Source: Candidatus Kapaibacterium sp.
Lineage (GTDB): Bacteria; Bacteroidota; Ignavibacteria; Kapaibacteriales; UBA7675
Direction of reading: 5' to 3'
DNA: 64,000 nt
Assembly: GCA_028284775.1 (NCBI GenBank)
Contig: JANQRB010000167.1
Span: 106 to 64,105, forward strand
Part shown: positions 18,803 through 27,864 of the stretch, piece after piece
How the letters are laid out: every line of letters starts with the position of its first letter
Position numbering within the stretch: the stretch's first letter is position 1
Position numbers and translations under genes: made by a program
The notes under the pieces: generated by a model
What the model was told of the DNA's origin: nothing
The model's database searches: none
Seen by the model: the letters and a program-made list of their open reading frames with translations, nothing else

Positions 18803-19165
18803 CATCGGAAGGCGTCGGGACACCACTCTGAAACATCACAATCGGCTGATCCTCCAATAAAGTCCGGAGGCCTCCGGACTCTACTCGGAAACTCCCTAAG
18901 CGGCCAATCTCACAACTCTACGGACCGCCTGACCTCGTGTATTGTCCGGACTAGTGCTCTTTCAAATTAGTTTTTTAGATTCCCCTCTTTTGAAAGAGGG
19001 GCAAGGGGAGTTAGAAGGTCCCTAAATACTCAAAACCCTTCCTAACCTCCCCTTTCTCTAAAGGGGAGGTGAATATCTTAAAAACTTATTTGAAAAAAAA
19101 CACTAGTGGGAAACTCGACAATCGGCTAAACCGACAATGTCCGGAGACGTCCGGACGCTCCGGGG
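18803..19165. repeat. Degenerate ~58-bp tandem repeat array with TCCGGA-N4-TCCGGA palindromes, interrupted by a MITE-like element
   Basis: GAAAC anchors at 18830, 18888 and 19110; ACAATCGGCT occurs twice; perfect 20-bp palindrome at 18861-18880; GTCCGGAGACGTCCGGAC at 19139. Confidence 0.55.
18951..19106. mobile_element. MITE-like element (~156 bp) with ~30-bp imperfect terminal inverted repeats bounded by CTAG and two internal REP-like hairpins
   Basis: Left end CTAGTGCTCTTTCAAATTAGTTTTTTAGAT; right end reverse-complemented CTAGTGTTTTTTTTCAAATAAGTTTTTAAGAT. AT-rich, with no transposase. Confidence 0.65.
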
Positions 19166-19167
19166 CT

Positions 19168-19206
19168 TTAAAACAGACAGGCTCCACAGCGAGGCTGCGG
19201 AGCCTG
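19168..19206 (-). terminator. Intrinsic terminator of the repeat lipoprotein gene
   Basis: Minus strand CAGGCTCCGCAGC-ctc-GCTGTGGAGCCTG followed by TCTGTTTT. Confidence 0.65.
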
Positions 19207-19237
19207 AGATACCCCAGATGGCTACAAAATTGTAATT

Positions 19238-22200
19238 TTAATCTTCTTCGAGGCGATAGGTTTCCTGGAAGGTCTTACATTCCTTGAAGCCTATCTCGAT
19301 GGTCTTTTCTTTATAGCCGTCTTTTGTAAAGACGATGACGTATGTAGCGGGCGCGCAGAGCTCATCTACCTCAAGCCAGCCTTCGTCATCGCTTGTTGCT
19401 TCGGCGACTACTTTGCCGTCCAGTTTGATTTCCGCCTCAACATCGGCCAGCACCGCTTCGGTGTCCAGGTCGCGCAGACGCAGTTTCAGGGCCGCCTCGC
19501 AGCATTCGTCCTTTGCCAGCGTGCGTTCTTCTTCCACCGTTTCGTCGCAGCCGACGAGCAGGCCGAATTCGATGGCTTTGTAGCCTTCGCGGATAATGTC
19601 GACTCCGTAGTCATCTTCGCAAAGGCCGTCGAACACGACGATACCGTCGCCATTCGTTTTGCCCGATTCGAACAATTTGCCGTTCTGCCACAATTTCACG
19701 GTCGCATTGGCGATGGCTTCGCCGCTGTCCTCGTCCGTAACCTGTATGCGAATGACGCCTTTGCAGCAGTCCTTGTTTTTCGGCTTCAGGTTGCGTTCCA
19801 GACGGAGATCTTCGTTGCAGTCCAGCTTCACCTCGAATTCCGTTCCTTCGTAGTCTTCGTGTTCGATCGAGATGCCGTAGTTGCCTTCGCAGATCTTGTC
19901 GATCTCGATGACGCCGTCGCCATTCGTCCGCGGATCTTCAATCGCCTTGCCGTCCTTCCACAGGATCACTTTCGCGTTTTCGATCGGTTTTTCAGTCTCC
20001 GCGTCACGCACGACCAGCCGGATCGTTCCTTCACAGCACTGCGCGTCGTTCGGCTCCAGCGATACTTCCTTGTTAACCCGTTTGTCGCAGCCCACCTCTA
20101 CCTCGAATTCGAATCCGTCGTATTCTTCGGCTTCCACCGAGACGCCATAGCCGCCTTCGCAGATACCGCCGATCTCCACGACGCCGTTTTCATTGCTGCG
20201 AGCGTCTTTGACCGCTTTGCCTTCTTGCCAGAGGATGACTTTCGCGTTTTTGATCGGCTTTTCGGTATTGGCGTCGCGAATCACGATGCGCAGCGAGCCG
20301 TCGCAGCATTCCTCATCTCTCGGTGCAAGTTGCACGGTCTCTCTGAATTCTTTGTTGCAGCCCATTTCGATCGGGAATTCGCTGCCCTTGAACTCTTCGT
20401 GCAGAACGTCGAGGAAGTAGTTTCCTTCGCAAATTTCGCCGAACTCAACGACGCCGTCGCCGTTCGTTCTTGCTTCGATCAGAATTTTTTCATTTTGCCA
20501 GAGGCGTACCAGGGCATTGCGGAGCGGTTCCCCATTGTCTTTGTTTTTGACGACGATACGGATCGAGCCTTTACAGCATTCACCTTCCCCGGCTTCGAGA
20601 GAGCGTTCGATGGACTTGTCTTCATCGCAGCCCATCTCGATTTTGTATTCCCGCTTTTGGTAGCCTTCCGCCGTGATTTCCAGTTCATAATTGCCCTCGC
20701 ACAGCCCGTCGATGATCACGTCGCCGTCTTCATTGCTGCGCGGATCTTCGAGGACTTTGCCGTCGCGCCAGATCGCCACTCTGGCATTGGCAATTGCCTC
20801 GCCGCTTTCGGAATCCGTCACTTTCAGTCTCAGAATGCCTTTGCAGCATTCGTCTTTGTCCTTCAAGCTCCGGGTGATGCTCCGATCTTCTCCGCACTTG
20901 AGCTCATCGATCTCAGACTCGTGTACCTGGAATCCTTCCAGCGCGATTCGCAGATCGTAAGCGCCTTCGCAAAGACCGTCGAAGACCGCTACGCCGTCTG
21001 CATTGGTTCTTGCGACTTCTACGAATTCGCCCTTACCACGAACTTTTACTTCGGCGTTGCGCAAGGGCTTGCCGTCCTCATCCTGGACTTTTACGCGCAG
21101 GATTGCATCACAGCAGCGTTCATCGACGGTCAGTTCGCGTTCGATTTCTTTCTCTTCATCGCAATCGAGCTCGACTTCGAACTCCTGCGCTTCATAACCC
21201 TCGCGGATAATACCTACGCCGAACCCGCCTTCGCACAGCCCGTCAAAGATTACTTCGCCGTCCTGGTTGGTCTTGAGATCTTCAATGAGTTTGCCGCCGC
21301 GCCATAAATTGACCTTGGCGTCCGCCACCGCTTCGCCGGTTTTGGAATCCTTGACGACAATCTTCAGGATGCCCTTGCAGCACTCGTCTTTATTGAGCAA
21401 AGTCCGCGTAATCGACCGTTCTTCCTCACACTTGATCTTTTCAATTTCGAACTCCTGCACCTGATAACCTTCCAGCTCGATGCGGATGTTGTATTCGCCC
21501 TCGCAAAGCTCATCGAAGCTGACGCTGCCGTCGGCATTGGTTTTGCCTTCAGCGACGGTCTTTTCGCCCTTGCGTACCTTTACCTCCGCATTGTCCAGGG
21601 CCTTGCCGTCCTTCGTTTGCACCTTGATCGTCAGGGTGGCGTCACAGCATTCGTCGTCCTTGCGCTCCAGGCTGCGTTCCACCCGGATTGTGTCGCAGGA
21701 GTCAAGCGAAAACTCATACTCATTGACCTCGTAGTCGTCTTTGGCCAGGCGAATATCGTAGTCGCCTTCGCAGACATGGCTAAATTCGACTTTGCCTTCG
21801 TCATTGGTTTTCAGGGTCTTGAGCGTTTTTCCTTTTTCCCGCAGGCTGACTTCGACATTGGCGAGATCCTTTTCATCTTTGGCATCGGTAACGCAGACGG
21901 TAATGACGCCGCAGCAGCGATCGTCCAGTTTGAGGATAATGTCGCGGGTTTTGCCGCTTTGACCTTCGGTTTCATCAATCGCTTCTTCAAGCGGGAAAAC
22001 GCTGCTGCCAAACTCCTGGTGTGACACGTGCAGCGCTACATCGCCGAGATTCTCCGGTAGGTTGTTCAGCGTGAAGGCTCCGTCATTATCGGTGGTGTCG
22101 CGGCTGATAACATTGTCGGCGCCGATGCGCGCTTCAATGACGGCCTCCGCAACCGGATTGTCGGCCGCGTCCTTGATTGTGCCGTTGACGGTCTCGATCG

Positions 22201-22315
22201 GCGTCGGCGCCGTATCGGTAGGATTGTCGTCGTCACAGGCGCTGATGAAGAGCAGCAGGCCGCAGCACAGAAGAGTCAAACAGGAGCGGAACGATAAGTT
22301 GTCTCGCTTAATCAT
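19238..22315 (-). CDS. Lipoprotein with 11 tandem transthyretin-like (carboxypeptidase-regulatory/CnaB-type) domains, ten with a fixed CC...C...C pattern
   Basis: Lipobox ISAC followed by acidic DDD; ~89-aa repeats of CCxG.I.I.V.D...P..NA.V.LW..GK...TN.DG...F..LCEG.Y...GY...C. Confidence 0.8.
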   Translation of the reverse strand: MIKRDNLSFRSCLTLLCCGLLLFISACDDDNPTDTAPTPIETVNGTIKDAADNPVAEAVIEARIGADNVISRDTTDNDGAFTLNNLPENLGDVALHVSHQEFGSSVFPLEEAIDETEGQSGKTRDIILKLDDRCCGVITVCVTDAKDEKDLANVEVSLREKGKTLKTLKTNDEGKVEFSHVCEGDYDIRLAKDDYEVNEYEFSLDSCDTIRVERSLERKDDECCDATLTIKVQTKDGKALDNAEVKVRKGEKTVAEGKTNADGSVSFDELCEGEYNIRIELEGYQVQEFEIEKIKCEEERSITRTLLNKDECCKGILKIVVKDSKTGEAVADAKVNLWRGGKLIEDLKTNQDGEVIFDGLCEGGFGVGIIREGYEAQEFEVELDCDEEKEIERELTVDERCCDAILRVKVQDEDGKPLRNAEVKVRGKGEFVEVARTNADGVAVFDGLCEGAYDLRIALEGFQVHESEIDELKCGEDRSITRSLKDKDECCKGILRLKVTDSESGEAIANARVAIWRDGKVLEDPRSNEDGDVIIDGLCEGNYELEITAEGYQKREYKIEMGCDEDKSIERSLEAGEGECCKGSIRIVVKNKDNGEPLRNALVRLWQNEKILIEARTNGDGVVEFGEICEGNYFLDVLHEEFKGSEFPIEMGCNKEFRETVQLAPRDEECCDGSLRIVIRDANTEKPIKNAKVILWQEGKAVKDARSNENGVVEIGGICEGGYGVSVEAEEYDGFEFEVEVGCDKRVNKEVSLEPNDAQCCEGTIRLVVRDAETEKPIENAKVILWKDGKAIEDPRTNGDGVIEIDKICEGNYGISIEHEDYEGTEFEVKLDCNEDLRLERNLKPKNKDCCKGVIRIQVTDEDSGEAIANATVKLWQNGKLFESGKTNGDGIVVFDGLCEDDYGVDIIREGYKAIEFGLLVGCDETVEEERTLAKDECCEAALKLRLRDLDTEAVLADVEAEIKLDGKVVAEATSDDEGWLEVDELCAPATYVIVFTKDGYKEKTIEIGFKECKTFQETYRLEED

Positions 22316-22672
22316 GTTAGGTATTCGGTTTTTTTGAAGGGAACAGTTGATTTATGTGACCCTGGCATATACCAGCACGAATTTGAAAGTTACAGTATTT
22401 TGCGGCAAATCGACGAATCGGCATCCGCCGCGCGCTACTCCGCTGAGCGCAGATTGGCAATTGATCGTTTGCCCGAGCTCTCGACCGGCCCGTTCGCGTC
22501 GTCATCGCGACCGGCCTCCGGGTCTCTGGGATAAATAGTCGAATTTTTGGCCGGGAGCCGTAATCTTGTACTGCTCTAAAGCAAGACAAAGTGTATATTA
22601 ACAGCTTTTGATGAATGTACGGCTCGGGCCGTCAAAGCAAATGAATTTAGCGTTTTTAGCAAAGAGGGTCAT

Positions 22673-23281
22673 ATGCTTCGAAAAACACTGCTCTTGAGCT
22701 GCAGCCTGACGGCAATGCTGCTGCTGTGCTTTTGTACGGATTCGAATCGGGAGCAGCCTGCAGAGGATGCGGAGGAAGCTCTTCTACCGCTCGCAATCGG
22801 CAATATGTGGGTTTATGAACACACGGCGACCGGCGATGACGGTAAGGTAATCAGTACGTGGCGGGACACGATGAGGGTCGTCGGGACGGAAGAAATCAAA
22901 GGCAATAAGTGGTATCAGGTCAAAGGCTTTATGGTGCAGGACACCATCCTGCTGGCCAGCCGCGAGGACGGACTCTGGATGCTCAACCAGGATCAGCAGG
23001 AGATTCACTATTTCAACAGCAAACTGGATGTCGGGAAGACCTATACTCGGCCGCCGTCCTTCAATGTCGAGCTCCGCAACGCCGCCGCTGATATCAGCGT
23101 GCCGGCGGGCAAATTTTCCTGTATTCACTTTTCCGAGCGTTTTGACAACGCGCCGTCGGCCTCATCATATTATCTTGCCCCCGGTACCGGTTTGGTGGAA
23201 TGGTCTTCTGAAAAAGTCCTGGTTCAGAATGCCGCCGAAGGCGCTGTGTATCAGAAACTGGTTGAATACAAGCTGCAATGA
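22673..23281 (+). CDS. Putative lipoprotein (beta-rich, LPLAIGNMWVY...VPAGKF motif family)
   Basis: Signal peptide with Cys; motifs ISVPAGKFSC and YYLAPGTGLV. Confidence 0.6.
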   Translation: MLRKTLLLSCSLTAMLLLCFCTDSNREQPAEDAEEALLPLAIGNMWVYEHTATGDDGKVISTWRDTMRVVGTEEIKGNKWYQVKGFMVQDTILLASREDGLWMLNQDQQEIHYFNSKLDVGKTYTRPPSFNVELRNAAADISVPAGKFSCIHFSERFDNAPSASSYYLAPGTGLVEWSSEKVLVQNAAEGAVYQKLVEYKLQ

Positions 23282-23573
23282 GAATTTCATGGAATTAGTC
23301 TGACAGGATCTTGCCGGGCAGAATCCTCTGCACTCTCTGCGCTTCATTGCTCACTTTATCATCTTTTCTCTTTCGGACCTCATAGATAGAAAGATGGGGT
23401 GGTGAAAACTGTACAATCCGGAATCATCAATAGACATCGGGCGTCGACTTTCCGGCCGCAGAAAGCGGGCTTGCCGGCCAGACAGGGAAGCGGCGGCAGT
23501 TTCTGTCTCGACAAAGCTCACATTGTATGTTGCAAGGGAAGCGCCGCGCCGATGAGACGCGGCGCCTTCACTG

Positions 23574-24218
23574 TCACATTTCGGCCAGTTCATTGAGTTC
23601 CATCGACTCCGCCAGCTCTTTCACAAAGTCGTTGGACGTCTGATCCGTTGCTTCCACTTCAAGCCAGAAGCGATTGCCGAGCGCGTAAACGACACGCGAT
23701 TTGCCGCTTTTCTTCTTGAATTCTTCCAGTCCTTTGATTTTGCCGTCGTCATCGGAAAAAGTGCGTTGATACTCCTTGCTGTTGTCCACTTCCATTCCCA
23801 TCCCGAAGGCAAAGGCGGCGGTGGCGGCGGTCCAGGCCATAGCGGCGGAGCGATAGTCGATCAGCTTGATATCGACTTTGGAAGCCGAACCGTCGTCATT
23901 CGATTTACGGTAGCTGCGGCTGGCCGTCGACAGGTTGAATCCCATTGATTTGGCTGTCGAACCTTCGGGATCGTCAGCGGTGTATCCATCGATTTCCTCA
24001 GGCAGGTATTTCTGCAATTCCGAATAGTGCATTGCTTCGCCTTCGCCATTAGCCACAGCCTCCTCCTGCTCCTTGACCGCCTTTTCGATCGTTTCGCTGT
24101 ATTCCTGCACCGCATCTTCAAGGTTTTGTAGGTCAATGGTCGGCTCTTTTTCACCGCTGCAGGCAGCGAGCAGACCGATCATCAGCATCGAAACAAGGAG
24201 AACGTTCGCATTCTTCAT
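23574..24218 (-). CDS. Hypothetical lipoprotein
   Basis: Lipobox LAAC, coiled-coil N-region and alpha/beta C-terminal domain. Confidence 0.65.
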   Translation of the reverse strand: MKNANVLLVSMLMIGLLAACSGEKEPTIDLQNLEDAVQEYSETIEKAVKEQEEAVANGEGEAMHYSELQKYLPEEIDGYTADDPEGSTAKSMGFNLSTASRSYRKSNDDGSASKVDIKLIDYRSAAMAWTAATAAFAFGMGMEVDNSKEYQRTFSDDDGKIKGLEEFKKKSGKSRVVYALGNRFWLEVEATDQTSNDFVKELAESMELNELAEM

Positions 24219-24361
24219 GTAGTCTTCCGTGAAAAGTGGGAAACATAATAACTGTTGGTTCCGCGCCGACCGAGTCGCGGCGCTTATGAAGGAGAGGGCC
24301 GAAAATTAGGGCAAAATACAGGTCTGTCCAACAAGAAAAACATTGCAAAGACCCCGGCGAA

Positions 24362-24394
24362 AACAAAAAAGCCCGGCGCACGGGCGCCGGGCTT
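24362..24394 (-). terminator. Intrinsic terminator
   Basis: AAGCCCGGCGC / GCGCCGGGCTT stem with a T-tract on the minus strand, just past the stop at 24421. Confidence 0.8.
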
Positions 24395-24420
24395 GTTGTG
24401 AGTTCTATCTGCTGCTGATA

Positions 24421-27400
24421 TCATCGTTTGACGATTTTACGCACGCTTTCCTCGCCGGGCGTCGTCAGTCGCACAAAGTAAACTCCGGCGGGCAGTGCTT
24501 CCAGTGTCAGGGTCAGCTCGCCCACATTACCCGCTGCTGCGTACAGGCTGTGCTCGGCGACATTGACGCCAACGGCATTCGAAATGACGATCGATGCGAG
24601 GCCGCTGCTTTTGGCTGTGTATCGCAGCTGCACTTTACCTGCCGTTGGATTCGGATACAGCGTAAAGTCGGCCGCCTGTTTTTCGATTGCCACATCAGTC
24701 GTAATCGAAAAGGCAACCGGTTCCGAATCTGTTTCGCAGCCGCTACCGGAATTGTCCGTGACCCGCACGACATAGTTGCCGTCCTGCACGGGCGTGTATT
24801 CGCGGGCGGTAGCACCGGGAATCTCGACGCCGTTGCGGAACCAGCGGTAAGTTTCGGCTTCGCTGGAAATAAGGGTTTTTTCGTCATTCGAAAGGGTAAT
24901 GATCGGTGTCGCGGGCGCACTGGCTTCCACGACGGACACCGTCGGCGACGAGGCCGAGCATCCATTGAAGTCCGTTACTTCCACCCAGTAGTCGCCCGGA
25001 CGGTTGACATTGAGCGAACGCTGCAGGCTGCCGTCGGACCACTTAAAGCCATTGTATTCGCCTCCGTCGAGACGTACAACCGAGCCGGGGCACAGAAAGA
25101 TGACGGTGCTGGCGGTCGTCTCTCCGAATATGGTAATCTCCGGCTCGGGAAGCGGGTTGACGGTCGTCGTAATCTCGCGTGTTGCCCGGCAACCCTGCTC
25201 ATCCTGGACACTAACCGTCCAGGTGCCGGAAGTCGTTACGGTGATCGACTCGCCGCTCTCGCCGGTGCTCCACTGATAGGAAACGTAGCCGGGCGTAGCC
25301 CGCAGTTGCAGTGATTCGCCGATGCAGAAGGTCGTTGAGCCGTCGGCCACCAGGTTGAGGTCGGGGCTGCACTCGAACCATCGCGCGATATTGTAAGAGG
25401 GCTTGTTGCCGGCCAGTGAAAACTCGCCGCCGGCGTAGATATAGTCGTCTTTCAACATAATTGTATTGACGATATCATTGGTGCCGCTGCCGAGGCTGGC
25501 CCAACGTACTCCGTCCCAACGGGCGATATTGTTGGCGCTGGTTGTTCCCGCCTGACCAAAGTCGCCGCCGACGAAGATTTCATCGCCTTTGCTGGTGATC
25601 GAAAACGCGGTGCCGTCGAGGCCGTCATCCAGTCCAGCCCAATCGCGGCCGTTCCAGCAGGCGATGCGTCGGGCCGGCGTCCCGCCGACATTGAAGAAGT
25701 CACCGACGATATAGATGAATTTGCCGTTTGCGACCACATCGTGGACAAAACCATCCGTTTCAGCTTCGAAGCCGACCCATGAGTCATCTTCCCAGGCGGC
25801 AATGCCATTGGCATCGACGAGGCCCGCATTCTGGAACCATCCGCCCACGGCCAGACGACCTTCGGAAAAGGAGAGCGATGTGACCCGGTTGTCGGCGCCG
25901 CCGAGCATCGGTTCCCAATTTTGTTTGCTCGTGCTCCAGCGGGCAATGCGGTTAGCGGTCGTAGAGCCGGCCAGGATAAAGTCGCCGCCGGCGTACAGTG
26001 TTCCGTCATCAGCCTGCTCGATGTCATACACGGTGTTGTCCATTCCCGTGCCCATTTCCGTCCATTCGCTTCCATCCCATTTGGCAACCCGGGAGGCGGT
26101 GGTTGTGCCGGCCATGGTAAAATCACCGCCGACGTATATCGTTCCGTCCGGGTCAACTTCGATCGCAAAAACGGTCGCGTTGACGCCTTCGCCCAGCGTC
26201 TGCCAGTCCGATCCGTCCCACAAGGCGATATGTTGGGCATCCAGGGTGCCCGCCAGGATAAAGTCGCCGCCGACAATGATATCGCCGTTCGGCGCCTGAG
26301 CTATGGCGTGGACGGCGCCGTCGACGCTGTTGCTGTTTTGTTGGGAGAGCGCCTGCCAGGCCGTTCCGCCCCAGCGGGCGACACCGGCCGCCGCCGCGCC
26401 CCCGGCGAGCGAAAAGCTTCCGCCGACGAAATACTCCGTATCTTCCGCGGCCAGTATTGTGCGGACGCGGTTATTGACGCCGGTGCCGAGCGGAAACCAT
26501 GTATTGCCGGCTCGGCGTGCGATACGCTTGAAGGGCGCGCCGTTGATTTCGTCGAACTCGCCGCCGATGAGAAGGGCGCCGTTCGGCGAGACTTCCAGCG
26601 CACGAACAGTTCCGTTAACGATGCCCGTTTCGGGCGTGATATTCGCCCAGGTGCTGTTCGTGTAGTCATAGAGCGCGAGGTTGGCAGATTCGAAGGTGCC
26701 GGCAGACTCAAATTCGCCGCCGAACCACATTCCTTCGTCGGCGCGGATGATGGCATAGACTGCACTGACGGCTCCGGTGCTGGTAATGCCTGCGTCGAGG
26801 GCCTGCCACGCGCCATCGCGCCACAGAGCTACATTGTTGGTCGAGATGCCGTCCGCCTGCGTGAAATCACCGCCGATATAGACGTCTTCGCCATTGACGC
26901 CGACCGCCCAGACCACCTCGCCGCCGCCGATGGCGCCGGCGCCCAGAGGAATCCAGTTGCTGCCGTTCCAGCGGGCGATATTGTTTGCACTCGAGCTGCC
27001 CGCCGCCGTAAACTTGCCGCCGGCAACGATTCGATCGCCCTGCACTACCATGTCATAGACCGGGCCGCTGATGCCCGTTCCCATGGCGCGCCAGCGTTCC
27101 TGTTTCGTCCAATTGGCAACATTGTCGACATTGATGCCGTCGGCACGGCTGAATTCTCCACCGACATATACTTCCAGGCCGATCGTCACGATCGAGTGTA
27201 CGACGCCGTTGACGCCGTTGCCCAGAGCGTTCCAGTTCGTACCATCCCACATTGCGATGTTATGCGCTCGCAAACCGCCTATGGACGCAAAATCGCCGCC
27301 GATGTAAACGTTGCCCTCGCTGTCTTCTTCGATAGCGAAGATTTCGCCGTCAACGCCGGCAACAGTGAATTGGTCGTCCCAAAAGAGATCGCTGTCATTG

Positions 27401-27585
27401 ATCAGAATTTCATCAGCCGATTTTTTGCTTTCGACATCGGGTGCCGACGGCGCCAACTGGTCGAAAAAATACGGCTCTATAATAAGTTGCGCCGATGTGT
27501 CGGGGGCATAACACAGCAAAGCCAGCATACAAAGCACCAGGCTTTGCAGACAACCCGGGCAGGAAACTCGAAATTTGTCCATCAT
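24421..27585 (-). CDS. T9SS cargo protein with 14 'GGxF..AG...IAxWDG..W' blades (double beta-propeller) + Ig-like domains
   Basis: Signal peptide, 14 counted repeats, SYQWSTG-type Ig units, and CTD LYPNPT...LPAGVYFVRL. Confidence 0.85.
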   Translation of the reverse strand: MMDKFRVSCPGCLQSLVLCMLALLCYAPDTSAQLIIEPYFFDQLAPSAPDVESKKSADEILINDSDLFWDDQFTVAGVDGEIFAIEEDSEGNVYIGGDFASIGGLRAHNIAMWDGTNWNALGNGVNGVVHSIVTIGLEVYVGGEFSRADGINVDNVANWTKQERWRAMGTGISGPVYDMVVQGDRIVAGGKFTAAGSSSANNIARWNGSNWIPLGAGAIGGGEVVWAVGVNGEDVYIGGDFTQADGISTNNVALWRDGAWQALDAGITSTGAVSAVYAIIRADEGMWFGGEFESAGTFESANLALYDYTNSTWANITPETGIVNGTVRALEVSPNGALLIGGEFDEINGAPFKRIARRAGNTWFPLGTGVNNRVRTILAAEDTEYFVGGSFSLAGGAAAAGVARWGGTAWQALSQQNSNSVDGAVHAIAQAPNGDIIVGGDFILAGTLDAQHIALWDGSDWQTLGEGVNATVFAIEVDPDGTIYVGGDFTMAGTTTASRVAKWDGSEWTEMGTGMDNTVYDIEQADDGTLYAGGDFILAGSTTANRIARWSTSKQNWEPMLGGADNRVTSLSFSEGRLAVGGWFQNAGLVDANGIAAWEDDSWVGFEAETDGFVHDVVANGKFIYIVGDFFNVGGTPARRIACWNGRDWAGLDDGLDGTAFSITSKGDEIFVGGDFGQAGTTSANNIARWDGVRWASLGSGTNDIVNTIMLKDDYIYAGGEFSLAGNKPSYNIARWFECSPDLNLVADGSTTFCIGESLQLRATPGYVSYQWSTGESGESITVTTSGTWTVSVQDEQGCRATREITTTVNPLPEPEITIFGETTASTVIFLCPGSVVRLDGGEYNGFKWSDGSLQRSLNVNRPGDYWVEVTDFNGCSASSPTVSVVEASAPATPIITLSNDEKTLISSEAETYRWFRNGVEIPGATAREYTPVQDGNYVVRVTDNSGSGCETDSEPVAFSITTDVAIEKQAADFTLYPNPTAGKVQLRYTAKSSGLASIVISNAVGVNVAEHSLYAAAGNVGELTLTLEALPAGVYFVRLTTPGEESVRKIVKR

Positions 27586-27864
27586 AAATCATCTCCGTGA
27601 AGAGTATATAAAGAATGAATCGCCATCCAATCATTAGGTCGCAGGCCGAAACGCTGCGCTGTGCTTTTAGCCGGTGAAACACAGTCGATACGAAAAAACG
27701 CATTGACGTTCAAGTGGCCCCGATATGCTATGTTTCCGAAGCCGGAGTGTTGTGTGTTGTGTGCAATGGGGTTTGACGGAGACCAAAACCCCGCCTGCGT
27801 CGGCAAATCGCTGCCACAATCCGCAAAGACCCTGTTCGCAGAATCAGGTCTCATGTTTGCCGTG

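Noticed and set aside
18803-19165. Possible degenerate CRISPR array (palindromic units with GAAAC)
   Set aside because: The would-be spacers resemble each other, the repeats are too divergent, and there are no cas genes in the window.
19069-19287. 72-aa ORF starting within the MITE-like element
   Set aside because: It crosses repeats and a terminator, and has no transposase features.
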